Positions 27,711 through 36,099 of a stretch of 52,099 bases of DNA are shown one piece after another (within the stretch, counting starts at the first letter, position 1; each line of letters opens with the position of its first letter). Location of the stretch: contig CAJWSN010000001.1 of assembly GCA_913046175.1 (NCBI GenBank), forward strand, positions 1 to 52,099, written 5' to 3'. A program made the position numbers and the translations under genes. A model generated the notes under the pieces. It did not search any database. It was not told the origin of the DNA and was given only the letters and a program-made list of their open reading frames with translations. Source of the DNA: an uncultured Opitutia bacterium (GTDB lineage: Bacteria; Verrucomicrobiota; Verrucomicrobiia; Opitutales; JABJCN01).

Positions 27711-27760
27711 TTGCCGTATTTAGTCTCCATTGTTAATGGTAATTTCAGGAATCACATACA

Positions 27761-27788
27761 TTATAGTGATGTTTTTCTTACTGTCCTT
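27761..27788 (-). promoter_or_regulatory. possible sigma70-type promoter for the DUF5684 gene
   Basis: On the minus strand, AGGACA (27788-27783) and TATAAT (27766-27761) are separated by a 16-nt spacer by my count. The site is about 50 nt upstream of ATG 27710. Promoter rules for this lineage are unknown. Confidence 0.25.
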
Positions 27789-27814
27789 TTAATTAAGTGT
27801 CAACAACAGTGATT

Positions 27815-28639
27815 TTACGGGGAAGTACTATTTTGCCGAAGTATCTCATAGATGCAGATTGCGGTCGCACTGGAAAGGTTGAGGGAATCGGCAAGACCCT
27901 GTATTGGTATTGAAACCCGGATGTCTGCCTGTTCCTGCCAGAATTCACTCAGGCCGATGGATTCATTACCCAGCACAAGGGCCATGGGACCGGAAAGGTC
28001 CCGTGACCAGATGGGCTCGCCATCCCCACAGACGGTGGCAGCGGTCCGGATGCCTTGCTGCTTGAGAAAATCGACGGTGTTCCCCGCCTCGGCGACTGCA
28101 ACCTGCATTGGGAAAAGCAAACCCCTGGAAGCGCGTATCACATTTGGATTGAACAGGTCGACCATCAAGTCGTTGCAGATCACGGCATCCACGCCGGCAG
28201 CGTTGGCCGTCCGAAGGATTGCGCCCAGGTTCCCCGGTTTTTCTGTTCCTTCCAGGACGAGCAGGAGGGGCATATCTGAAAACACGACATCATCCAGTGG
28301 CAGGTGCCAGGATTTTGCGAGGCCAAGCCAGCCGTCAGGATTTTCCCGATTGGAGCATTTTTCGAAGGCATGCGGTGAGAGCTCTATAATTTGCGTCCCG
28401 CTTGCCTGCGCCTTTTCCAGAAGGGGCTGATCCTTGCCCATCGTGAATTTCGGGCAGTGGAAAAGTTCTTCAAGCGGTCGTTTGGCTGCAAGGAAGTTCA
28501 CAAGCTCCTTGCCTCCCTCAACAAGGAAGCATCCATGGCGGTCCCTGTCCCGTTTCTTGCGCAGTCCCGCCAGAAATTTAATCTTTGGGTTTTGCCGGCT
28601 TTGAATGAGGCTCGGATTGTCCGGGTTTGAATTATCCAT
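27815..28639 (-). CDS. TrmH/SpoU-family RNA 2'-O-methyltransferase (RlmB-like)
   Basis: LVLEGTEKPGNLGAILRTANAAGVDAVI...LVLGNESIGLS...IPIQGLADSLNLSSATAICIYE. Confidence 0.88.
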   Translation of the reverse strand: MDNSNPDNPSLIQSRQNPKIKFLAGLRKKRDRDRHGCFLVEGGKELVNFLAAKRPLEELFHCPKFTMGKDQPLLEKAQASGTQIIELSPHAFEKCSNRENPDGWLGLAKSWHLPLDDVVFSDMPLLLVLEGTEKPGNLGAILRTANAAGVDAVICNDLMVDLFNPNVIRASRGLLFPMQVAVAEAGNTVDFLKQQGIRTAATVCGDGEPIWSRDLSGPMALVLGNESIGLSEFWQEQADIRVSIPIQGLADSLNLSSATAICIYEILRQNSTSP

Positions 28640-28657
28640 GGAACATGTAGATTTTCT

Positions 28658-29518
28658 TCAATGGGCCAGCAGGTCGTTGATGATGGCCTGTGCAGTCCCG
28701 GCATAGCCACCGCCAAAGAGGTTGTGATGGTTGAGGTAGTGGTAAAGATTGTAGAGCTTCTTGCGCACTGGATGGCCGGAGTCTCGTGGCCATGCCTCAT
28801 CATAGGCGCGGTAAAAGTCCGGGCCAAAGCCGCCGAACATTTCTGTGAAGGCCAGGTCTGTCTCACGGTCCCCGTGGTAGGTGGCGGGATCAAACACCAC
28901 GGGCTGGTGCTTCTCGTCGTAACCAATGTTGCCGCCCCAAAGGTCACCATGCAGAAGGGAGGGTTCAGGGTCGTAGCCTTCAAAGTAATCCCCCAATCGG
29001 CCCAGGAGATCGTCTGCACCCCGGAAGGATTTGCCGCCCTGGCGGGCGAGGTTGAATTGGAATCCCAGTCGATGTTCACCGTAGAACTCGATCCAGTTGT
29101 CGGTGAACGGGTTTGGTTGCGGTGTGGCCCCGATGGTATTGTCGCGATGCCATCCAAAGGCCCTGCCCCTGTTGCGGTGCATGTTGGCAAGCTGTTCCCC
29201 GGCCCGTCGTTGGCTGCCTTGTCCCGGCGACCCCATTTCAATGTGTTCCAGGACGAGAAATGCGCGGCCATCGGCGGTTCCGCCACAGATGGGTTTCGGG
29301 ACGCGAATGGTTTTCGTGTCTGCCATTTCCTGTAGGGCAAGTTGCTCCACCTGGAATGCCTCGAGGAACGACGTCCGGTTTTGTTTTACAAAGAATGTGC
29401 CACTGGAGGTTTCCAGCCGGTGTGCATCGTTGATGCAGCCTCCACCGATGGGCGAGGCTGAGGCAAAATCAGTCGCCCTGCCTGTGGTTTTGGCGATTGC
29501 CTGGCAAATAGTCTTCAT
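28658..29518 (-). CDS. fructosamine/ketosamine-3-kinase family protein
   Basis: PIGGGCINDAHRLETSSGTFFVKQN...LLHGDLWGGNIGYD...VFDPATYHGDRETDLA. Confidence 0.88.
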   Translation of the reverse strand: MKTICQAIAKTTGRATDFASASPIGGGCINDAHRLETSSGTFFVKQNRTSFLEAFQVEQLALQEMADTKTIRVPKPICGGTADGRAFLVLEHIEMGSPGQGSQRRAGEQLANMHRNRGRAFGWHRDNTIGATPQPNPFTDNWIEFYGEHRLGFQFNLARQGGKSFRGADDLLGRLGDYFEGYDPEPSLLHGDLWGGNIGYDEKHQPVVFDPATYHGDRETDLAFTEMFGGFGPDFYRAYDEAWPRDSGHPVRKKLYNLYHYLNHHNLFGGGYAGTAQAIINDLLAH

Positions 29519-29560
29519 GGGATGCTGTCATCTTCCTTCTGCCCAGGTGGGGGGGCTCCA

Positions 29561-30046
29561 TCATTTCTTTTCCAGGGCGTCGCAGGCCTCCTGCAGCAAC
29601 TGCCGGCATCCGTCCTCAAGCAGGTCAAGAACCAGCTCGAATCCCATCGGGCCGCCATAGTAGGGATCGGGGACGTCACGGTTTTCATGATCTTCGCAGT
29701 AGTTACAGAACGGTCGCACCCGATCACGCTCCTCATCGGTTTCAGCGAGGGCCAGCAGATCGCGGAGGTTGTCGCCATCCATGGCAAGGATGCGGTCAAA
29801 GACCTGAAAGTCTTCACGTAGGACTTGGCGGGCCCGTCCGCCTGTGCGGATGTAACGGCGTGCGGCGGCCTGGTGCATTCGATGGTCCGGTGGGTTTCCG
29901 GTATGAAAGGAGATGGTGCCGGCGGAGTCGCAAAGGATTTGATCCTCGAGGCCCTTCTCCTCGACCAGTTTCTGCATGACAGCCTCACCCGCCGGGGAGC
30001 GGCAGATGTTGCCCATGCAGACAAAAAGGATGCGGTAGGGTTTCAT
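29561..30046 (-). CDS. low-molecular-weight protein-tyrosine phosphatase
   Basis: P-loop ILFVCMGNICRSPAGE (CX5R-S) and the DPYYG Asp loop (VPDPYYGG). Confidence 0.9.
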   Translation of the reverse strand: MKPYRILFVCMGNICRSPAGEAVMQKLVEEKGLEDQILCDSAGTISFHTGNPPDHRMHQAAARRYIRTGGRARQVLREDFQVFDRILAMDGDNLRDLLALAETDEERDRVRPFCNYCEDHENRDVPDPYYGGPMGFELVLDLLEDGCRQLLQEACDALEKK

Positions 30047-30053
30047 GGCAGGC

Positions 30054-30833
30054 CTAAAGTTTATCCAGGTCCAGGGTTATACCAACGGGGCAATGGTCGG
30101 AGCCATGAACCTCCGACAGGATAAAGGCGTCCTGAAGGCAGGGGACGAGTCGCTCGGAAATAAGGAAGTAATCCAGCCGCCACCCGACGTTTCTGGCCCG
30201 GGCACCTGCGCGGTAGCTCCACCACGAGTAATGCCTTGGCTCGTCAGGATGCAGGTGACGGAAAGTGTCGACAAAGCCAGCCTCCAGCAGGTGTGTCATG
30301 CCCGACCGCTCCTCATCCGAGAAACCTGGGCTGTTGCGGTTCGCACTGGGTCTCGCAATGTCGATTTCCTCATGGGCCACGTTTAGATCCCCGCACAGTA
30401 TGACCGGCTTGCGCTTGTCAAGGGCCTGGAGGTAAGCGCGAAGGTCCTGATCCCATTGCATTCGATAGGGGAGACGCGCCAATCCACCTTGTGCATTGGG
30501 CACGTAGGTGTTCACGAGGAAGAAGTCCTGCGTCTCAATCGTGATGGCCCGTCCCTCACCGGCGTGGTCTGCAGGCGGAAAATCCTCCTGTGCTGCAAGT
30601 GGTTCCTCCTGGGCAAAGACTGCTGTACCGGAATATCCTTTTTTCTCGGCACTGTGAAAAGTTTTCCAGGCAAAGGAGAAGTCCTCGTCAGGAATTGTGT
30701 CCGGGTTCACCTTGGTCTCCTGCAGGCAGAGGAAGTCCGCCTCACACCAGTTCGCGAAATCCCTGAGCCCTTTTTTTATGCAGGCGCGGATGCCGTTCAC
30801 GTTCCAAGAGATCAGTTTTTGTTTCCCGGGCAT
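30054..30833 (-). CDS. xth: exodeoxyribonuclease III
   Basis: LISWNVNGIRA...FLCLQETK...GDLNVAH...YSWWSYR...SDHCPV. Start placed at ATG 30833. Confidence 0.92.
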   Translation of the reverse strand: MPGKQKLISWNVNGIRACIKKGLRDFANWCEADFLCLQETKVNPDTIPDEDFSFAWKTFHSAEKKGYSGTAVFAQEEPLAAQEDFPPADHAGEGRAITIETQDFFLVNTYVPNAQGGLARLPYRMQWDQDLRAYLQALDKRKPVILCGDLNVAHEEIDIARPSANRNSPGFSDEERSGMTHLLEAGFVDTFRHLHPDEPRHYSWWSYRAGARARNVGWRLDYFLISERLVPCLQDAFILSEVHGSDHCPVGITLDLDKL

Positions 30834-30960
30834 GGACAGGCAGTGTGAGGGAAAATTAGAAATCTGGAAGCGGAAAACCCGGATAATCCAGTCATTTGCC
30901 CTGATTTCTATGCGGTCGTTCATTCTTGCGATTCGCCGGTCCTTTCACATCACAAGACCC

Positions 30961-31839
30961 ATGAGCATGAAAATCGGCTGGATTGGGACTGGCGTCATGG
31001 GCGCACCCATGGCGGGGCACCTGCAGGCAGCCGGCCATGAGCTTTTTGTCTACAACCGCACATCAGCCAAGGCACAGGCACTCGTTGAAGCCGGGGCCAC
31101 CTTTTGCGGTTCACCGCGTGAGGTGGCTGAGAACACGGAGGTTATCTTCCTTATTGTGGGGTTTCCAGCGGATGTCGAAGCCACGGTACTGGGCAAAGAC
31201 GGTGTCTTGGCCGGCGCGTCGACAGGATCCGTTGTCGTGGACATGACCACTTCCGAGCCCTCCCTCGCCAAGCGTATCCATGAGGCCGCGAAGGAAAAAG
31301 GAGTTGATGCCCTGGATGCCCCTGTTTCGGGGGGGGATATTGGGGCCCGCAACGCGACGCTCGCCATAATGGTCGGTGGGGCCCTGGAGGTTTTTGACCG
31401 GATTCACCCACTCTTTGAAATCCTCGGTGACAACATTGCCCATATGGGTCCGGCCGGTGCCGGCCAGCACACCAAGATGAGCAATCAGGTCCTCATTGCC
31501 GGCACCATGATCGGCGTTGTCGAGTCCTTGATCTACGCCCATGGGGCCGGGCTTGACCGCGACGAGGTCATTGCCGTTATTGGCAGTGGTGCGGCCGGGT
31601 CCTGGTCCATCAACAATCTGGGCCCCCGGATTGTGAGGGAGGACTTTGACCCTGGTTTCTACATCAAGCATTTCGTCAAGGATATGGGCATAGCCCTTGC
31701 CGAGGCAAAGCACATGAACATAGCCCTCCCGGGGCTCACCCTTGTCCATCAGTTCTATCAGGCTGCCATTGCCGAGGGGCTGGAGAATCTTGGTACCCAG
31801 GGCCTTTACAAGGTTATTGAAAAAATTCAGCCGGGATGA
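30961..31839 (+). CDS. NAD(P)-dependent beta-hydroxyacid dehydrogenase (3-hydroxyisobutyrate / 2-hydroxy-3-oxopropionate reductase family)
   Basis: KIGWIGTGVMGAPMAGHL...LDAPVSGG...AGAGQHTKMSNQ. Start placed at ATG 30961. Confidence 0.88.
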   Translation: MSMKIGWIGTGVMGAPMAGHLQAAGHELFVYNRTSAKAQALVEAGATFCGSPREVAENTEVIFLIVGFPADVEATVLGKDGVLAGASTGSVVVDMTTSEPSLAKRIHEAAKEKGVDALDAPVSGGDIGARNATLAIMVGGALEVFDRIHPLFEILGDNIAHMGPAGAGQHTKMSNQVLIAGTMIGVVESLIYAHGAGLDRDEVIAVIGSGAAGSWSINNLGPRIVREDFDPGFYIKHFVKDMGIALAEAKHMNIALPGLTLVHQFYQAAIAEGLENLGTQGLYKVIEKIQPG

Positions 31840-32120
31840 GTGACGAAACCAAATCCTCCATCCCCGGTGCGGGCTCCAGCGTCCTCTGGGGCTTTGCCGG
31901 CCTCTTGCTGTTTCCTGTACCCCTGGTCGGCGTGACCTGTGGAATCGTGGCCATCGTCAAGGCACAGAAGGCGAAGGTTCTTCTACAGGGAAGGAAGGAT
32001 GAATACCTTGGCGAAGCGACAGCAAGGCTGGGATTCCGCCTTGGCGTTACTGCTGTGGTCTTTGCCCACCTATGCTACCTGGTGGTCGCTGTCTACATGC
32101 GGCAGGGAATGCCTTCATGA
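31836..32120 (+). CDS. small membrane protein (DUF4190-like)
   Basis: ATGA overlap with the upstream stop. Two TM helices are present (VLWGFAGLLLFPVPLVGVTCGIVAIV and LGVTAVVFAHLCYLVVAVY). Confidence 0.55.
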   Translation: MSDETKSSIPGAGSSVLWGFAGLLLFPVPLVGVTCGIVAIVKAQKAKVLLQGRKDEYLGEATARLGFRLGVTAVVFAHLCYLVVAVYMRQGMPS

Positions 32121-32140
32121 TGTTATCTTCTTCTGCTCAA

Positions 32141-32169
32141 TCGTTGTGGTGGTCGTTTCACCACAACGA
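32141..32169. terminator. hairpin between convergent genes (possible bidirectional terminator, no U-tract)
   Basis: A perfect 11-bp stem, TCGTTGTGGTG / CACCACAACGA, has a 7-nt loop. It lies between the ends of 31836-32120 (+) and 32271-33599 (-). Confidence 0.35.
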
Positions 32170-32270
32170 ATCAGGTGGACCCAATGTACAAAAATGTCCG
32201 CAGCCATAGGATTCTTGAGTCCTGCAATTTCTGTTGCCCCTTGACGTTTACAAGAGGCTTTCTGGCTGGA

Positions 32271-33599
32271 TCAGGTCGTACCCCGGTTTCTTGGCGCCCC
32301 GGTTTTGCGGGACGCTGGCACGGCCTTGGAAGGGGAGCTTTCCTTGCGGATCATGGGCTCCATTTTACGTCCAGGTGCAGAGACCTGCTGGATCCATTTC
32401 TGTAATTGCGCCCGTTTTTCCCCCTCGGCCGAGGGTAGTTGTTCCTCGAGCAGTTTCATGGTCAACAGGTTAATCTGTTCCCTATTTTCAATAACCAGCT
32501 TCTGGTACTCCGACTGCACCAGCCCTGCCAGAACCATGGCGTTTCCGGGCTTGCGTGCGATGGCGGTGATGATCAGCTTGGGCTGCGGCCCATCTTCCAC
32601 GTCGACGGTATATTTAATGACGGAATCGAGTGGAACGGTGCGCCCCTTTTTTGCCTCGGCCTGGGCAAGTGCCCGGTGCCTGGGGTTGCCTTTGATTTGT
32701 TTAAAGGTACGTTTCTTTAATTCATCGCTTTTTAGGCCCTCCATGTGATGTCTGGTCATCTTCGTGATGAATTGAGCCTGTTGCTTCAGGCTCAACTTGT
32801 TGAGTGGGGCAGGCGGGACCAGCCGAAAGGACGCACTGGACTGGAACAAGGTCGCTTTGTGCTTTTTCTCTTCGATCGTTTCTTTTGGCAGTTGAGGCAC
32901 AAGGGCCAGCCCCAGCAGGAGCAGGATTGATGAAATCACAATGCCTAACTTCCCAAGGGAGGTCTTGCGACTAATGATCCCCGTCACAAGGGCAGCCATT
33001 TCCACGACGAGCAAAAGAAGTATAGCCAGGCCCATGGACAGGTTGGCCTTGATCCCGAAAAGGAGGAGAAACAGGATCACGACCAATGGAATGACGATGG
33101 GGGCAATGGAGATACGAAAGCTGAACCGGCCAAGCCTGAGGAGTTTATTGGAAGGTCTGTCTCTGGTGATGCCTGAACGATTCCCGGCCCCTGCGGAATA
33201 ATCGGTTTCTTCTTCCAGGGAGGCGCATATTTTTTGCAGGACCTTCCCTGTGTCCGGGTCGTGGAACTCGACATGCTGAATGCCTGCGAGCTGGTATCGG
33301 AAACGGTCGGTTAGTTCGCACGGCTCCAGGTACACGGGCAAAATTTTCTTCCGGGTCTCGGAGGCAAGCATCACCTCCTTGTGGACATTATCGGAGGCGA
33401 GGGAGTTCCTGCTGACGAGCAAAACCAGCACCCGGCATTCCCTGATCGCATGGACGATCTGCTCGGACCACAGACCCGCCGCCTCGATGTTGCCCTCGTC
33501 CATCCATACCGAGTATCCCTGCTCCTGCAGCAGTTTGACGACCAAGCCGGCCTGTTCCTGGTCCTTGCGGGCGTAACTAATGAATATTTCCCCGGACAT
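32271..33599 (-). CDS. TIR-domain protein with 3 TM helices and a Wzz/PCP-like extracytoplasmic domain
   Basis: The N-terminus is a TIR_2-type pattern: IFISYARKD...VWMDEGNIEAAGLW...VLVLLVSRNSLASDNVHKEVMLA. TM helices are at about aa 163-182, 187-209 and 216-235. The C-terminal ~190 aa resemble a polysaccharide co-polymerase N-domain (ATLFQSSASFRLV...KLIITAIARKPGNAMVLAGLVQSEYQKLV). Confidence 0.8.
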   Translation of the reverse strand: MSGEIFISYARKDQEQAGLVVKLLQEQGYSVWMDEGNIEAAGLWSEQIVHAIRECRVLVLLVSRNSLASDNVHKEVMLASETRKKILPVYLEPCELTDRFRYQLAGIQHVEFHDPDTGKVLQKICASLEEETDYSAGAGNRSGITRDRPSNKLLRLGRFSFRISIAPIVIPLVVILFLLLFGIKANLSMGLAILLLLVVEMAALVTGIISRKTSLGKLGIVISSILLLLGLALVPQLPKETIEEKKHKATLFQSSASFRLVPPAPLNKLSLKQQAQFITKMTRHHMEGLKSDELKKRTFKQIKGNPRHRALAQAEAKKGRTVPLDSVIKYTVDVEDGPQPKLIITAIARKPGNAMVLAGLVQSEYQKLVIENREQINLLTMKLLEEQLPSAEGEKRAQLQKWIQQVSAPGRKMEPMIRKESSPSKAVPASRKTGAPRNRGTT

Positions 33600-33668
33600 T
33601 GCCGTTTCAACCTAGGGTTGCGGCGCGGCCTGTTGCAACAGGATTCGTTGTCTCAAGGCATTTGGAAA

Positions 33669-35993
33669 TCAGCGAAACAATTGCAGCTCAAACCCCAGAA
33701 TTTCAAGGCGCAGCAGATCCTGGAGTTCCAGGCCCGGCCCGGGATAGAGAAGGAATTCGCGGCGGCGTTTGCGGAAACGCATTTCATCATCCTTCCATCC
33801 TTGGAGAATTTCACGGGCGGGTCGTCCGTCCCGGATGTCGGCCAGGATTTTTGGGTGGCCGAGAAGGGTGTTCACCTTCTTCAGGTCAAATTTACGGGGG
33901 TAAAGCTTGTGCAGCACAACAGCGAGCTGGATGCCGGTTTCCACGGCCTTGAAGGCCTTGCGGTCGGTGAGAACCAGGTTGACGCCTCCACACACCTGGC
34001 CACTGAACTTGCTGGCGTCAGGGGTGAAGCGTATGGGCAGAAAGGTGATGCCCGGCAGCTTTTTTGCATTCATTACCCCGGCCAGGAGCAGGTCGTCGAT
34101 GTAGGGTGCGCCGAGAACCTCGAAAGGCGTGTCCGTGCCACGACCGACCGAAAGACTGCAGAATTCAAGAAGGCCCACCCCCGGATACAGGATGGCCTGG
34201 GTAAGGTTGCGCATGTTGGGCGAGGGGTTGCGCCAGGGCAGGCCGGTGGCATCCTGGAGCTTGTCGCGTCTCCAGCCCTGGACGGGGATGATGACCAGTT
34301 CAACGTTGAACCCTTTTTCCTTGTTGAACATGCGCGCCAGTTCACCGGCTGTCATGCCGTGCCGGACGGGGATGTCATGGTAGCGGACAAAACTGGTGGT
34401 GTCCTTAAGCAGCGGGCCGTTGACTTCGTGGCCACCCACAGGGTTCACGCGGTCGAGGACAATAAACTTCAGTCCGGCAGCAGCAGCAGCCTCCATGCAG
34501 TTGCCCATGGTGGCCATGTAGGTGTAAAAGCGGGTTCCGATATCCTGGATATCAAAGACCAGGGCATCCAGGCCAGCCAGTTGTGCAGGGCGGGGTTTCT
34601 TGGTTTTTCCATAGAGGCTGTAGACGGGGAGTCCGGTCCCTTTGTCGATGCTGTCATTAACCCGGTCGTCCTCAACACCACGGATTCCGTGCTCGGGGCT
34701 AAAGAGGGCACGAAGCTGTACGCGCCGGTTTTGGTGGAGCAGGTCGATGGTGGAAAGCCGCCGGGCGTCGATGCCCGTGTGGTTTGTGACAAGGCCGACG
34801 CGAAGCCCCTTCAGGGACTCGAAGTCCTGCCGGAGCAGGACATCTATGCCGTTGAGCACCTGTGGTCGATGGTCTGCCACCGCCTCGGCGGCAAGGGTGC
34901 CGAGCCTGCGACGCAGCGGGACAACGCCTCCGCCCCCGTCAGGATGATTGCGGTTGGTCATGAGAATCCAGAAGCTGAGCGAGGTTGGGTCAATCCACAG
35001 GGAGGGACCGGTAAAGCCGGTGTGTCCGAATGAACCGATTGGGAAAAGGCTGCCTCTTGGACTGCTGTAGCCAGTGTGGATGTCCCAGCCCACCCCGCGT
35101 TTGTTTGTCATCCCGGGTGGGGTCTGGACGGTCGTCATGATGCGAACGCTCTCCGGTGTAAGGATGCGTGTGCCTTCAAGTACGCCGTTGCCGAGGATCA
35201 TTCGTGCAAAGCGTGCCAGGTTGGTGACCGTGGAGAAAACGCCGGCATGCCCGGCAACCCCACCCATTCTCCGGGCCGTGGGGTCATGGACTGTCCCCCG
35301 CAGCATCTGCCCGTCCACCTTTGTCGTGGGTGCGATGCGGGCCCGGAGGGCGGGTGCGGGTCGAAAACCCGTTTCCCGCATGCCCAGCGGGGTAAAGATG
35401 TTTGCCTTTGCAAACTCGTCCAGGGGCTTGCCGGAAACACGGTGAACAATTTCCCCAAGAAGAATAAAGTTGATGTCACTGTAGGTAAAGCGGCCCCCGG
35501 GAGCCTGCTGGAGCTTTTCATTGCAAGCCAGCCTGATGGCGGCTTCCACTCCCTGCCATTGTCCACGAAGGGATATGCCGGGACGCAGGCCGGAGGTGTG
35601 GGTGAGGAGGTGGTGCAATGTTACTTTTTCCCGCCCGTTGCCGGTAAAGGCTGGAATGTGGGTGGCCACCGGTTCCTGCAGGTTGATCTTGCCGTGTTCG
35701 GCAAGGATCAGGATTGAAGGTGTGGTGGCCACGACCTTGGTGAGCGATGCAATGTCGTAGACAGTGTCCTGGGTGGTGCTTTCCCGCCGCGGTATCGTGG
35801 CACGGTACCCGTAGGATTTGTTCCAAGCCTGTCCCTCGCGTTCAATCCATACAATGCCCCCGGGCAGCCTTTTTTCCCGAATGGCATTTGCAACGGAGGA
35901 ATCGATTGTGTGGAGAACATTCGGGTCGAATCTGGCCGACGCGGTGTCAACTGCCAGAAGGAGTACAAAAAGCAGGGTCAGGAAAGGTTGCAT
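33669..35993 (-). CDS. fusion protein: beta-lactamase-fold serine hydrolase (AmiE/PBP4*-like) plus DUF1343/NamZ-like exo-N-acetylmuramidase
   Basis: Signal peptide MQPFLTLLFVLLLAVDTASA. The SxxK motif is IASLTK, with a later HTGFTG. The C-terminal half carries DUF1343 motifs (GLVTNHTG, LFSPEHG, DIQDIGTRFYTY, VLDRVNP). Start placed at ATG 35993. Confidence 0.85.
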   Translation of the reverse strand: MQPFLTLLFVLLLAVDTASARFDPNVLHTIDSSVANAIREKRLPGGIVWIEREGQAWNKSYGYRATIPRRESTTQDTVYDIASLTKVVATTPSILILAEHGKINLQEPVATHIPAFTGNGREKVTLHHLLTHTSGLRPGISLRGQWQGVEAAIRLACNEKLQQAPGGRFTYSDINFILLGEIVHRVSGKPLDEFAKANIFTPLGMRETGFRPAPALRARIAPTTKVDGQMLRGTVHDPTARRMGGVAGHAGVFSTVTNLARFARMILGNGVLEGTRILTPESVRIMTTVQTPPGMTNKRGVGWDIHTGYSSPRGSLFPIGSFGHTGFTGPSLWIDPTSLSFWILMTNRNHPDGGGGVVPLRRRLGTLAAEAVADHRPQVLNGIDVLLRQDFESLKGLRVGLVTNHTGIDARRLSTIDLLHQNRRVQLRALFSPEHGIRGVEDDRVNDSIDKGTGLPVYSLYGKTKKPRPAQLAGLDALVFDIQDIGTRFYTYMATMGNCMEAAAAAGLKFIVLDRVNPVGGHEVNGPLLKDTTSFVRYHDIPVRHGMTAGELARMFNKEKGFNVELVIIPVQGWRRDKLQDATGLPWRNPSPNMRNLTQAILYPGVGLLEFCSLSVGRGTDTPFEVLGAPYIDDLLLAGVMNAKKLPGITFLPIRFTPDASKFSGQVCGGVNLVLTDRKAFKAVETGIQLAVVLHKLYPRKFDLKKVNTLLGHPKILADIRDGRPAREILQGWKDDEMRFRKRRREFLLYPGPGLELQDLLRLEILGFELQLFR

Positions 35994-36099
35994 GTTGCCC
36001 AAAATAGAAGCTTGGAAATGAAAAAAAGCAAAAAGCAAAATGGTGGGCTTGAAATTTTTCTTTTTTTGAGATGCTCTCCCCTAATTTTGTTTCTTGCCC

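Noticed and set aside
33381-35033. A 550-aa plus-strand ORF, with many shorter ones, overlapping the NamZ-fusion gene
   Set aside because: It is antisense to a gene with strong family motifs. Its translation is low complexity and Gly/Ala/Val/Arg-rich with no recognisable motif. This is a typical shadow ORF of a GC-rich coding region.
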